Assembly (NCBI GenBank): GCA_023245775.1
Contig: JAHFJR010000002.1
Location: 1,902-65,901, forward strand
Direction of reading: 5' to 3'
DNA length: 64,000 nucleotides
DNA from: Candidatus Peribacteria bacterium
Lineage (GTDB): Bacteria > Patescibacteriota > Gracilibacteria > Peribacterales > Peribacteraceae
Positions 34,749-42,664 of the stretch are shown one piece after another. A program made the position numbers and the translations under genes. How positions within the stretch are numbered: position 1 is the first letter of the stretch; every line of letters starts with the position of its first letter. The notes under the pieces are model-generated. The model was not told the origin of the DNA. It worked only from the letters and a program-made list of their open reading frames with translations, and searched no databases.

Positions 34749-35903
34749 TTATCGAAAGAATCTTTTAAAAGCAGCCACCATTGGAGCGAAGAGTGATACG
34801 GCACTTTTTGCCGTCAGCTCTTGTTCCGATATTACAAATTGGGCATCGATGTCTGCTAAAAGTTGGGTGAGAGTTGTTTCAAATACTTCATAACTAATCT
34901 CTCCATTTCTCAAGCGCTGAGAAACTTCGAGAGCTTCTTTTTGTTTCTGTGCCATTCCTTGCACTAGTTTCCGTCTCTCTTGATCTGGAAGAGGATTGCC
35001 ATCGAGCTGCTCAATCCGATACATGTTCATAACGAATGCATCGAAAGGACCATCGAGGCGTTCGTAAGCACCCGATAAGGATTTACTCGGCTGATGCTTA
35101 AAGGGTGAAAGTGCGACCTTCATATGAATTCTCATCCCTGCATCCGCATCAAGCACGCGCAAAATCTCACTATAGAAATTCGTCACCAGACAGGTCACCG
35201 GAGAAAAGCGTGGATGCGGACGGTTCTCTACTGCATAGAATGCACGTGCTACAGCTCGCAACGCCTCCTTACTTTCCTGATCAGAAAAAACTGGACTCAG
35301 TGCTATGGTGAAGAGTCCGCCTCCCCGAGAAGACATAGGAACTGTCTCTGGATCAAGATCTAGGCGTTGCAGTACAGCTTCGCGTATGTGCTGAGGAGTT
35401 TCAGGATGGCTCGATCCTTTCCATTGATCTTTGCCCAGCAGATAAGCAACAACCTGTTCGGCAGCGAGTCCTTGGAGGCCAGCACTCTCGTCGGTATCGT
35501 ACTGTTCGCTTTCGAAAATATGAATCACCGCATTACGATTTGTGGCGAGGAGTTCACTGGCAGCTTGTTCAACTGCATCTCCCCGCAACTCCAATTCTTC
35601 AAGAAATGTAGCCGTCATGAGATCTGTCGTAATATCGGCATGTTGCTCGGCAAGCTCTTCGTACTCTCTTGGCTCATTGGAAGGAACGATGACAAGACCT
35701 CCGGTTTGTTTTTCAAGAAAAGTTCTTAGTCCTCTCCGGATCTTCTCAAATCGATCCTCATTGGAGGAATCCGTGCCAAGTTCCACAACAGTAAGTTGCT
35801 GTTCACGAGCTTGCTGAGATCCGATGTCACAAACATAACCTTTATCACCAATGAATTGTAAAAGTTGCTGCGAGCGTTCCGAAGATTGTTGAGCACTATT
35901 CAT
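34749..35903 (-). CDS. hypothetical protein (384 aa)
   Basis: ORF, AT-richer by eye. A canonical promoter lies directly upstream of ATG 35903. Confidence 0.6.
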   Translation of the reverse strand: MNSAQQSSERSQQLLQFIGDKGYVCDIGSQQAREQQLTVVELGTDSSNEDRFEKIRRGLRTFLEKQTGGLVIVPSNEPREYEELAEQHADITTDLMTATFLEELELRGDAVEQAASELLATNRNAVIHIFESEQYDTDESAGLQGLAAEQVVAYLLGKDQWKGSSHPETPQHIREAVLQRLDLDPETVPMSSRGGGLFTIALSPVFSDQESKEALRAVARAFYAVENRPHPRFSPVTCLVTNFYSEILRVLDADAGMRIHMKVALSPFKHQPSKSLSGAYERLDGPFDAFVMNMYRIEQLDGNPLPDQERRKLVQGMAQKQKEALEVSQRLRNGEISYEVFETTLTQLLADIDAQFVISEQELTAKSAVSLFAPMVAAFKRFFR

Positions 35904-35910
35904 TAGTAGT

Positions 35911-35938
35911 ATAATACTAAATTTACTATTTATGTCAA
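35911..35938 (-). promoter_or_regulatory. sigma70-type promoter TTGACA-16-TATTAT, 7 nt upstream of ATG 35903
   Basis: Minus strand: TTGACA = 35938-35933, TATTAT = 35916-35911. Confidence 0.6.
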
Positions 35939-36038
35939 ATTTCTTTGACCACGAACTGAAGAGAAAAAACGAACCATATTCAGGATGTCCGGCCACTCTT
36001 CACGATCACCTAAAGCATTAGGTGTGTTCTTGATGAAC

Positions 36039-36719
36039 TCACGCCAATCTCTTTCCCTCGGCATATGGTGCGATCACAACTGCTGATACGCCCAAGCAGA
36101 AATACCAGACAATTTCTGTGACTGGAACGCCGCCAAGAACCGTATGCCCGAGGGGTGTACCCCACAAGAACCAGTAATGCTTGAGGTATTCGGTCGTGTC
36201 ACCAAGGAGCATCACGTAGATGACGATTGCGAACGCTGCGAGGAGGGCTCCGCTTCCAATGGAGAGCAAGAGCATCGTCGGACGACGAAGAAGAATACCG
36301 ATTGCCCACAGGACCATGACGAGTGATGCGGTGATGATCGAGTTGATACCGATCGCATCGGTGAGCAGAAGAAATGCGACAAAGAATGATGTGATGAAAA
36401 GCGGCAACATCATAGGACGCGGCTTTTCGGTTGCGATAAAACGAATCCCTCTGATGACTGGAAGTGCCGCAAAAGCAACGCCGAATATGGCAAATCCGAA
36501 GAGTACATCTTCCGGTGAGAGGACGCCTTGCCCGACGATGGTCGGTGGCGACCAGTAGTCACGAAAGTACCAAATTTCAGACAGTGGGCCTGAGATGGCT
36601 CCGGCTAGGGAAAACTTGAGCATCATCGATCTCAGATCAGCACGCAGTACAAAGCAGATGGTCCACAGTACGAAGAAAAAGAGTCCGAGACACAGGTAGG
36701 CGTACAGATCGAGGCTCAT
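36039..36719 (-). CDS. polytopic membrane protein (226 aa), function unknown
   Basis: About 7 hydrophobic segments. Start at MSLDLYAYL. Confidence 0.55.
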   Translation of the reverse strand: MSLDLYAYLCLGLFFFVLWTICFVLRADLRSMMLKFSLAGAISGPLSEIWYFRDYWSPPTIVGQGVLSPEDVLFGFAIFGVAFAALPVIRGIRFIATEKPRPMMLPLFITSFFVAFLLLTDAIGINSIITASLVMVLWAIGILLRRPTMLLLSIGSGALLAAFAIVIYVMLLGDTTEYLKHYWFLWGTPLGHTVLGGVPVTEIVWYFCLGVSAVVIAPYAEGKRLA

Positions 36720-36812
36720 AGGTGGAAGTGTACAAAAAAATCCTAGTGACGTCACATCAGCGTCCCGTAGGTGAAGACTCTAGCCACGCTGCAAATATAC
36801 TCTCTCCTCCCC

Positions 36813-36818
36813 TATACT
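36813..36818 (+). promoter_or_regulatory. -10 hexamer TATACT, 6 nt upstream of ATG 36825
   Basis: Fits the TAnnnT-N6-ATG pattern. Confidence 0.4.
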
Positions 36819-36824
36819 CTCCCC

Positions 36825-38321
36825 ATGATCGATCCGCGCATCTTCCGTGCCTACGACATTCGTGGCAAAGCCCATGAGCAGCTCACTGAGGAGGCGTGCC
36901 TGCTGATCGGCAGAGCGTTCGGGGAGATTCTGCAGGAGAAATATGGGAAAGAGAACAAGCACCCGGCGGTCGTTGTTGGGCGCGATGCACGGCTACATAG
37001 TCCTGTGTTTGAAGAAAAAATTGTCGAAGGGTTACTCTTGGCAGGTTGTCAGGTTTTTCGCATCGGCCAGACACCGAGTCCCATTAACTACTTCACGATC
37101 TGTACCAAGAAATTCGACGCCGGCGTGCAGGTCACGGCGAGTCATAACCCGAAGGAAGATAATGGTCTGAAGCTTCAGATTCGTGATGCAGAAGCGTTCT
37201 CTGGAGAGGATTTGCAAGATCTTCGTAGGCGCATTGAACGCTCACTACAAGATTCCCCTCTCCCTTCGGGAGAGGGGCTAGGGGTGAGGGAAGGGCAGGC
37301 AGGGGTGAGTGCCGAAAACTTCGATGCAATCACCCCTTACACCTCTTTTCTGACGCAACTTTTCCCCAACGTCGGCCAGGGCAAGAAAATCGTCGTCGAT
37401 GCCGGCAACGGGGTCGCGGGGCCCGTGTACTGCGAGGTGCTGAGGAAGGTCGGCTGTGAGGTGATCGAGATGTACACCGAACCGGATGGGAATTTCCCTA
37501 ATCACGCGGCGGACCCGAGCAAACATGCGACCCTCAGAGAACTGCAAAAACGAGTGGTGGATGAGAAAGCCGATTGCGGATTTGCATTCGACGGTGACGG
37601 AGATCGCATTGGGCTCATCGATGAGAGGGGCGCGATCGTGACGGCCGATTCAACCTTACTCCTCCTCGCGAAGGATCATCTATCGCGTCATCCGAAAGCG
37701 CCGATCATCTTCACCGTGAGTAACTCGAGCCTGCTCGAGAGCGAGGTGAAGGCGTGGGGCGGAGTCCCCGTAATGTGCAAGGTCGGCCACTCGTTCGTGG
37801 AGCATGCGATGCGAGAGCACGGAGCCAAACTCGGCGGCGAGCAGTCGGGACATTTCTTCTGTGGAGAGGATTATTTCGGATTTGATGACGCGCTGGTTGC
37901 GGGACTCAGGATGTTGGCGATTCTTGGATCAACGTGGGCCGAACGCCCGCTCCCTTTGATGGAATCTACAACACAGAAGAAACGGAGCGCCCGTTCGGGG
38001 CGCGTTGACTCGAGAGTATCCGTTTTGATCTCAGCTTTCCCTCGCACCTACCAAACCCCCGAATTCCGTCCACACTGCGCAGATGAGAAAAAATCCGAGG
38101 TCGTTCGTCTTGCCACAGCGCACTTTGCAAAAAAATACCCCGTCGTCACTCTCGACGGCGCACGCATCGATTTTGGTGATGGCGCATGGGCGGGGATACG
38201 AATAAGCAATACGAGTCCGTGCCTGAGCATCTGCATCGAGGCGCGGAGTCCGAAAAAGTTGAAACACGTGGAATCGGAGGTTTTGGAACACTTGAAGACC
38301 TATCCGGAGGTCGAGTTGTAG
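36825..38321 (+). CDS. phosphomannomutase/phosphoglucomutase family protein (498 aa) with repeat-derived insertions
   Basis: IFRAYDIRG, the active-site block TASHNPKEDNG, GFAFDGDGDR and GGEQSGH are alpha-D-phosphohexomutase motifs. Confidence 0.9.
   Translation: MIDPRIFRAYDIRGKAHEQLTEEACLLIGRAFGEILQEKYGKENKHPAVVVGRDARLHSPVFEEKIVEGLLLAGCQVFRIGQTPSPINYFTICTKKFDAGVQVTASHNPKEDNGLKLQIRDAEAFSGEDLQDLRRRIERSLQDSPLPSGEGLGVREGQAGVSAENFDAITPYTSFLTQLFPNVGQGKKIVVDAGNGVAGPVYCEVLRKVGCEVIEMYTEPDGNFPNHAADPSKHATLRELQKRVVDEKADCGFAFDGDGDRIGLIDERGAIVTADSTLLLLAKDHLSRHPKAPIIFTVSNSSLLESEVKAWGGVPVMCKVGHSFVEHAMREHGAKLGGEQSGHFFCGEDYFGFDDALVAGLRMLAILGSTWAERPLPLMESTTQKKRSARSGRVDSRVSVLISAFPRTYQTPEFRPHCADEKKSEVVRLATAHFAKKYPVVTLDGARIDFGDGAWAGIRISNTSPCLSICIEARSPKKLKHVESEVLEHLKTYPEVEL
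37255..37309 (+). repeat. palindromic repeat module in frame inside the PMM/PGM gene
   Basis: cccctctccc-ttcg-ggagagggg followed by ctaggggtgagggaagggcaggcaggggtgag. It encodes SPLPSGEGLGVREGQAGVS. The same module type occurs at 13441-13483 and 51375-51446. Confidence 0.8.
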
Positions 38322-38333
38322 AAGAAAAAACGA

Positions 38334-38339
38334 TAGAGT
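38334..38339 (+). promoter_or_regulatory. -10-like hexamer TAGAGT, 7 nt upstream of ATG 38347
   Basis: Fits the TAnnnT-N7-ATG pattern. Confidence 0.35.
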
Positions 38340-38346
38340 GTGTGCC

Positions 38347-39993
38347 ATGAGAGCTCCTCTTTCGATGACCGGCAAGCGTTGGCATCTGAAGAATGCGGAG
38401 ATGCCGAAGGATCTCGTGGAATTCCTGAAAAAATCGCGCGGGATTTCCGATGATCCGACTGCGAAACTTTCGGATCCGTTTCTGTTTCCCGAAATGGAGA
38501 AAGCGGTCGCGCGTATCGAGAAAGCGATGCAGAAGAAAGAAACCATTGCGATTTTTGGCGATTACGATGCCGACGGCGTCACGGCTACCGCGCAGCTCGT
38601 GCGGTTCTTCCGCCGTCACGGGGTCGAGCCGGTCGTGTATCTGCCAGATCGATTGAAGGAGGGGTACGGCATGAGGAGGAAGAGTATCGATGAGTTGAAA
38701 GCAAAAAATGTTTCACTCATCATCACCGTTGATACGGGCATCTCGGCGAATGACGAAATTCTGCATGCATCAGGGCTCGGGATCGATACCATCGTGACCG
38801 ATCATCACCGAGCACAGCACGGTCGGCCTCCGGCGTTCGCGGTGATTCATCCGACCGTTCCCAGAAAATTTCCGAATCCGCATCTCTGCGGTGCGGGGGT
38901 TGCGTTCATGTTCGTACGTGCATTGGAACACGGGATCCCTTGGCAAGGCATCGAGGAAGACATCGTCCTCGCGACGATCGGTACGATCGGTGATCTCGTT
39001 CCACTCACGGGTGAAAATAGAACGCTCGTGATCCATGGCCTGCACATGATTGCAAAACTTCGGGAGGGCCCGCTCCATGATCTGATCGAGAGTGTGACAA
39101 ACGGGAAACAGATCACGAGCAGTGACATCGCTTTCCGCATTGTCCCGCGCATCAATGCTGCAGGGCGTATGCAGCATCCGGTCCTCGCCCTCGATGCGCT
39201 CCTTGAAGGCGGAGAAGCGATCGAAGTCTTGCATCGGCTGAATGGCGAGAGACAATTGGCGATCGAAGAGGCGCTCGTTCTGTTGCGACCAGACATTGAT
39301 GTCGCGGAACCATTCATCCTGGGCATCTCCCCCCACATCACCTCCGGTATTGTGGGTCTTGCTGCTGGTCGACTGACCGAAGAATATGGTCGTCCGAGTT
39401 TGATCGCGAGCGTGCAAGGAGAACACTGCGTCGCTTCACTCCGTTCGATTGAGAGTATCGATGTGATGTCCTGCCTCGAGCATCCAAGAGTTCGCCCTTT
39501 CCTTCTGGCCTTCGGTGGACATGCACAGGCTGCAGGGTGCACGTTTTTGGCTTCCAAGAGGGCTCCGTTGCAAGCCGCTCTCTCACAGTCCATTCGGGAT
39601 CTTGGTTTTTCCGATGAGGCATTGCTTCCAGTGATTGCGATTGATCATGAACTTTCTCCAGACAGTGCGCATCTGATGCTCGCAAAAAAATTACAATCTC
39701 TGGAGCCCTTTGGTGCAGGGAACGAACAGCCGGTTTTTCTCATGAAACATCTTCGTCTTGAGAGCATGAAAACAGTCGGCGCCGATGCAGCACATCTCCA
39801 GCTTGGTTTCGGTGCGCTTCAGGGAATCGCGTTCAAGATGGGCGGGCTTACTGAGTACCTGTCCATCGGAGCACCGCTTGATCTCGCCTGTTCTCTGTCC
39901 GTGAATTCGTGGAATGGACGCGAGAGTCTCCAGTTGATGGTCGAAGACATGCGAACGAGTGATCATACTGGTACCAACCCTCCCTCCATCTGA
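38347..39993 (+). CDS. recJ: single-stranded-DNA-specific exonuclease RecJ (548 aa)
   Basis: DHH family motifs: IAIFGDYDADGVTA, ITVDTGI, VTDHH. DHHA1-like GGHAQAAG. Confidence 0.9.
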   Translation: MRAPLSMTGKRWHLKNAEMPKDLVEFLKKSRGISDDPTAKLSDPFLFPEMEKAVARIEKAMQKKETIAIFGDYDADGVTATAQLVRFFRRHGVEPVVYLPDRLKEGYGMRRKSIDELKAKNVSLIITVDTGISANDEILHASGLGIDTIVTDHHRAQHGRPPAFAVIHPTVPRKFPNPHLCGAGVAFMFVRALEHGIPWQGIEEDIVLATIGTIGDLVPLTGENRTLVIHGLHMIAKLREGPLHDLIESVTNGKQITSSDIAFRIVPRINAAGRMQHPVLALDALLEGGEAIEVLHRLNGERQLAIEEALVLLRPDIDVAEPFILGISPHITSGIVGLAAGRLTEEYGRPSLIASVQGEHCVASLRSIESIDVMSCLEHPRVRPFLLAFGGHAQAAGCTFLASKRAPLQAALSQSIRDLGFSDEALLPVIAIDHELSPDSAHLMLAKKLQSLEPFGAGNEQPVFLMKHLRLESMKTVGADAAHLQLGFGALQGIAFKMGGLTEYLSIGAPLDLACSLSVNSWNGRESLQLMVEDMRTSDHTGTNPPSI

Positions 39994-40184
39994 AACACAT
40001 CGGTGACGGGCGATTGCAGTGCCATGGCGACTTTGTAGGCGAGCAGAACGGACGGATTCGTCGCACCACGCTCAATACTCATGATCGTCTGACGGCTAAC
40101 GCCTACCCTGAGTGCAAGCTCTTCCTGTGTCATGCCTCGCTCGAAGCGGAGACGACGGATGGTATTGTGGAGACTGGCTGGCAT
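39963..40184 (-). CDS. XRE-family helix-turn-helix transcriptional regulator (73 aa)
   Basis: IRRLRFERGMTQEELALRVGVSRQTIMSIERGATNPSVLLAYKVAMAL is a classic HTH_3 pattern. Its 3' end overlaps the recJ 3' end (convergent). Confidence 0.8.
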   Translation of the reverse strand: MPASLHNTIRRLRFERGMTQEELALRVGVSRQTIMSIERGATNPSVLLAYKVAMALQSPVTDVFQMEGGLVPV

Positions 40185-40248
40185 GAGACGAAGGAGAAGA
40201 GAGAATCGATACTTCGTACGTAGTGTCCGAACTCTGTGTGAGTAGACG

Positions 40249-40280
40249 CATTGTCCATTGTCAATTATCCATTGTCAATT
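40249..40280. promoter_or_regulatory. direct repeats (ccattgtcaatt x2 plus an extra cattgtc) in the XRE/hsp20 divergent intergenic region; candidate operator
   Basis: ccattgtcaatt at 40255-40266 and 40269-40280. cattgtc also at 40249-40255. Confidence 0.4.
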
Positions 40281-40325
40281 CGCGATATTACCTCATACCT
40301 ACCCCCTATCCGCTACACGGTCTTT

Positions 40326-40355
40326 TTGCTTAGAAGCAAGCGGGAGTTGTATAGT
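40326..40355 (+). promoter_or_regulatory. promoter TTGCTT-18-TATAGT, 7 nt upstream of the hsp20 ATG 40363
   Basis: -35 at 40326-40331. -10 at 40350-40355. Confidence 0.45.
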
Positions 40356-40362
40356 AGCAAGA

Positions 40363-40854
40363 ATGATACCTTCCCCATTCCACGGCATCTTTTCTTCTTC
40401 CGTGCACTCGCAGGAGGGAGAGACTGCTCATCAAGCGAAGGCAGTCCCTTCTCCACACAAGCATGTCAGTGCACCCCTGTCAGCTGTTCCTCTGCATCCT
40501 GCGGGAGTCGGGCAGGCCCGCCCGCCAAGCGTCGGGCAGGTGGCGCTCGATATTTTCGAGTACGACAACTACTACATCATCAAAGCGCCGATTGCTGGAG
40601 TGCGTCTCTCGGATCTCGACATCGAAGTCTCGGACAATGTCCTCACCATCCGCGGGGTCCGACGCCAAACGGATACGATTGCGGAGGATCAGTACTATTT
40701 GAAGGAGTGTTTCTGGGGTGAATTTCAGCGATCCGTCACTCTACCCTGCTCCATCGATCCTCGCAAGATCAAAGCCACGTTCAACAAGGATTCTATCCTC
40801 AAGGTCATTGTCCCCAAGCAGGAGGGAATTAAGATTGTGAGGATCAACGACTGA
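40363..40854 (+). CDS. Hsp20/alpha-crystallin family small heat-shock protein (163 aa)
   Basis: ALDIFEYDNYYIIKAPIAGVRLSDLDIEVSDNVLTIRGVR...FQRSVTLPCSIDPRKIKATFNKDSILKVIVPK is an ACD pattern. Confidence 0.85.
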   Translation: MIPSPFHGIFSSSVHSQEGETAHQAKAVPSPHKHVSAPLSAVPLHPAGVGQARPPSVGQVALDIFEYDNYYIIKAPIAGVRLSDLDIEVSDNVLTIRGVRRQTDTIAEDQYYLKECFWGEFQRSVTLPCSIDPRKIKATFNKDSILKVIVPKQEGIKIVRIND

Positions 40855-40948
40855 GTCGTGGAAAGTGAAGAGTGGAACGTTGGAAGGACGATCGATGTTG
40901 GATCACATCATTCTTTGCTGGAGCAGTATTTTGGATGCCTCATTCCTG

Positions 40949-41083
40949 TCCTCACCCCTGCCTGCCGGCAGGCAGGTCCCGTCCTCCTCTCCACTGATGT
41001 GGAGAGGAGGTGGCCTGTGTTTCACTAAAAACAGTGCGCCCTTCTCCAGCCCTCAGGCAGGAGAAGGGTCGGGGATGAGGACC
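40949..41083. mobile_element. 135-bp nested palindromic element related to the MITE-like family
   Basis: Ends gtcctcacccc / ggggatgaggac. Serial hairpins: cctgcctgccggcaggcagg (perfect 20-nt palindrome, 40957-40976), cctcctctcca-ctgatg-tggagaggagg, cccttctcc..ggagaaggg. Confidence 0.7.
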
Positions 41084-41272
41084 GTCAAGGCTGAAGCAGA
41101 GAACAGTAGACGCATTGCTCATGTCTGCAGCTTCTGTGTACTCCACCAAAGAATGATGGGATCCGATGTTCCGCCATCCTCGTTTATCGTAGATGCTTCA
41201 CAGCATCTGGAGAAGAGAGTACCGTCACCTTCCACCTTCCACTTTCCGCTTTCAACGTTCCACCCTATTTTT

Positions 41273-41926
41273 ATGAAGATCAATGTTCTCGCACTTGCCT
41301 CCTGTTTTCTCCTCGTCGCCTGCTCTGGTGATATCGCACGGGGACGAGCCGAGTATGATCGTGCGGTGCAGTACTTGCAGGGGGTGGGGAGGGAGAAGGA
41401 TGAAACGAAGGGGATTGCGCTCCTCGAGAGTGCGAGCGATGCAGGAAATGCGGATGCGCAGATACGACTTGGGTACCTGTATCTGAGAGGCAAGAGCATC
41501 GCCAAGGATGATGTGAAAGCACTCCTCCTCTTCAAGCGTGCGGCGTTGCAGGGGAATGCAGATGCGCAGTACAACGTTGGACTGGCGTACGTCAAAGGGA
41601 TTGCGACAGTGGAAAATCTGAAGGAAGCATTCGCGTGGTTTCTGAGGGCTGCCCTTCAAGGCGATGCAGGATCACAGTACAACCTCGGTGTGATGTACAT
41701 GAATGGGGAGGGCGTGGTGCGCGATCCGCTTGCTGCGTACGTGTGGTTCAAAGAGGCCACGGACAACGGGTATGAGGGTGCGAAACAGGCCCTCGAGAGT
41801 GCCAGAAGTCTCCTTTCGAGTGATCAAGTGAAGGCGCTCCGTGATGAAGTAGAGAAGATCGAACACCGTATCAAGAAGCCGAGACCCACCCCGCAGGCCG
41901 TGGAGGTCCAGACACAACCGTTGTAG
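41273..41926 (+). CDS. Sel1-repeat (TPR-like) lipoprotein (217 aa)
   Basis: Lipobox FLLVACSG. Repeated GNADAQxxLGxxYxxG Sel1 motifs. Confidence 0.8.
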   Translation: MKINVLALASCFLLVACSGDIARGRAEYDRAVQYLQGVGREKDETKGIALLESASDAGNADAQIRLGYLYLRGKSIAKDDVKALLLFKRAALQGNADAQYNVGLAYVKGIATVENLKEAFAWFLRAALQGDAGSQYNLGVMYMNGEGVVRDPLAAYVWFKEATDNGYEGAKQALESARSLLSSDQVKALRDEVEKIEHRIKKPRPTPQAVEVQTQPL

Positions 41927-41935
41927 GCTCGTTCC

Positions 41936-42562
41936 ATGCGTGTCCTCCTCCTCGACAACGACGATTCGTTCACGTGGAACCTATGGCAGCTCATCCGTTC
42001 ACTCGGTGCCGACTGCGACGTGGTCCATCATCGTGAGACATCGATCGCGGAGATCAAACAATACAAACCTGATCGTATCGTGATCTCGCCAGGTCCGGGA
42101 GGCCCTGCAGAAGCCCTTCTTGCGTGTGAGGTGATCAGGAAATTTGGTCGAAAAATTCCCATCCTTGGAGTTTGCCTTGGACATCAGTGTCTGGCGCATG
42201 TTTTCGGAGGGAGGAATTCGGTGATGCGTGCGCCGAGTGTCATGCATGGGAAGACGAGCAAGGTGTTGCATGGCGGCACCAGTATTTTTTCTGGAGTACC
42301 TTCGCCCTTGAAAGTCGCTCGGTACCATTCACTGATCGTGCAGTCATTGCCGGAGGGGTTTGAGTTGCTGTGTTGGACTCAGGAGCGCGATGCTTCGCGC
42401 GGAACACAAGAAACATTGATCATGGCCATGCGGCACAAGACGTTGCCACTGTTTGGCGTGCAGTTTCATCCGGAATCTTTTTTGACGGAGTATGGAGAGG
42501 AGTTGATGAGGAATTTTCTGTACCAGCCCTCACTCCGGCCTGTGGGCCACCTCTCTCCATAA
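41936..42562 (+). CDS. pabA: glutamine amidotransferase component II of aminodeoxychorismate/anthranilate synthase (208 aa)
   Basis: ILGVCLGHQ with the catalytic Cys, FGVQFHPES. The last 12 codons and the stop lie inside the MITE-like element. Confidence 0.85.
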   Translation: MRVLLLDNDDSFTWNLWQLIRSLGADCDVVHHRETSIAEIKQYKPDRIVISPGPGGPAEALLACEVIRKFGRKIPILGVCLGHQCLAHVFGGRNSVMRAPSVMHGKTSKVLHGGTSIFSGVPSPLKVARYHSLIVQSLPEGFELLCWTQERDASRGTQETLIMAMRHKTLPLFGVQFHPESFLTEYGEELMRNFLYQPSLRPVGHLSP

Positions 42563-42649
42563 AAATGGAGAGAGGATGCCTAAAAATGAGAGAAGGGAGA
42601 GGCCCCCTCCTCTCCATTTTTATGGAGAGGAGGCTGGGAGGTGAGGGCT
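42525..42649. mobile_element. MITE-like palindromic element, copy 2 (125 bp)
   Basis: Same termini and hairpins as 15120-15257; only the central about 20-30 bp differ. Confidence 0.8.
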
Positions 42650-42657
42650 GTTACAAT
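42649..42657 (+). promoter_or_regulatory. extended -10 TGtTACAAT, 7 nt upstream of the pabB ATG 42665
   Basis: The TG lies at the last bases of the MITE-like element. TACAAT at 42652-42657. Confidence 0.45.
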
Positions 42658-42664
42658 CTTAGCA

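Noticed and set aside
40865-41272. N-terminal 136-codon extension of the Sel1 protein ORF
   Set aside because: The sequence is built from palindromic repeat modules. A lipoprotein signal peptide starts at ATG 41273.
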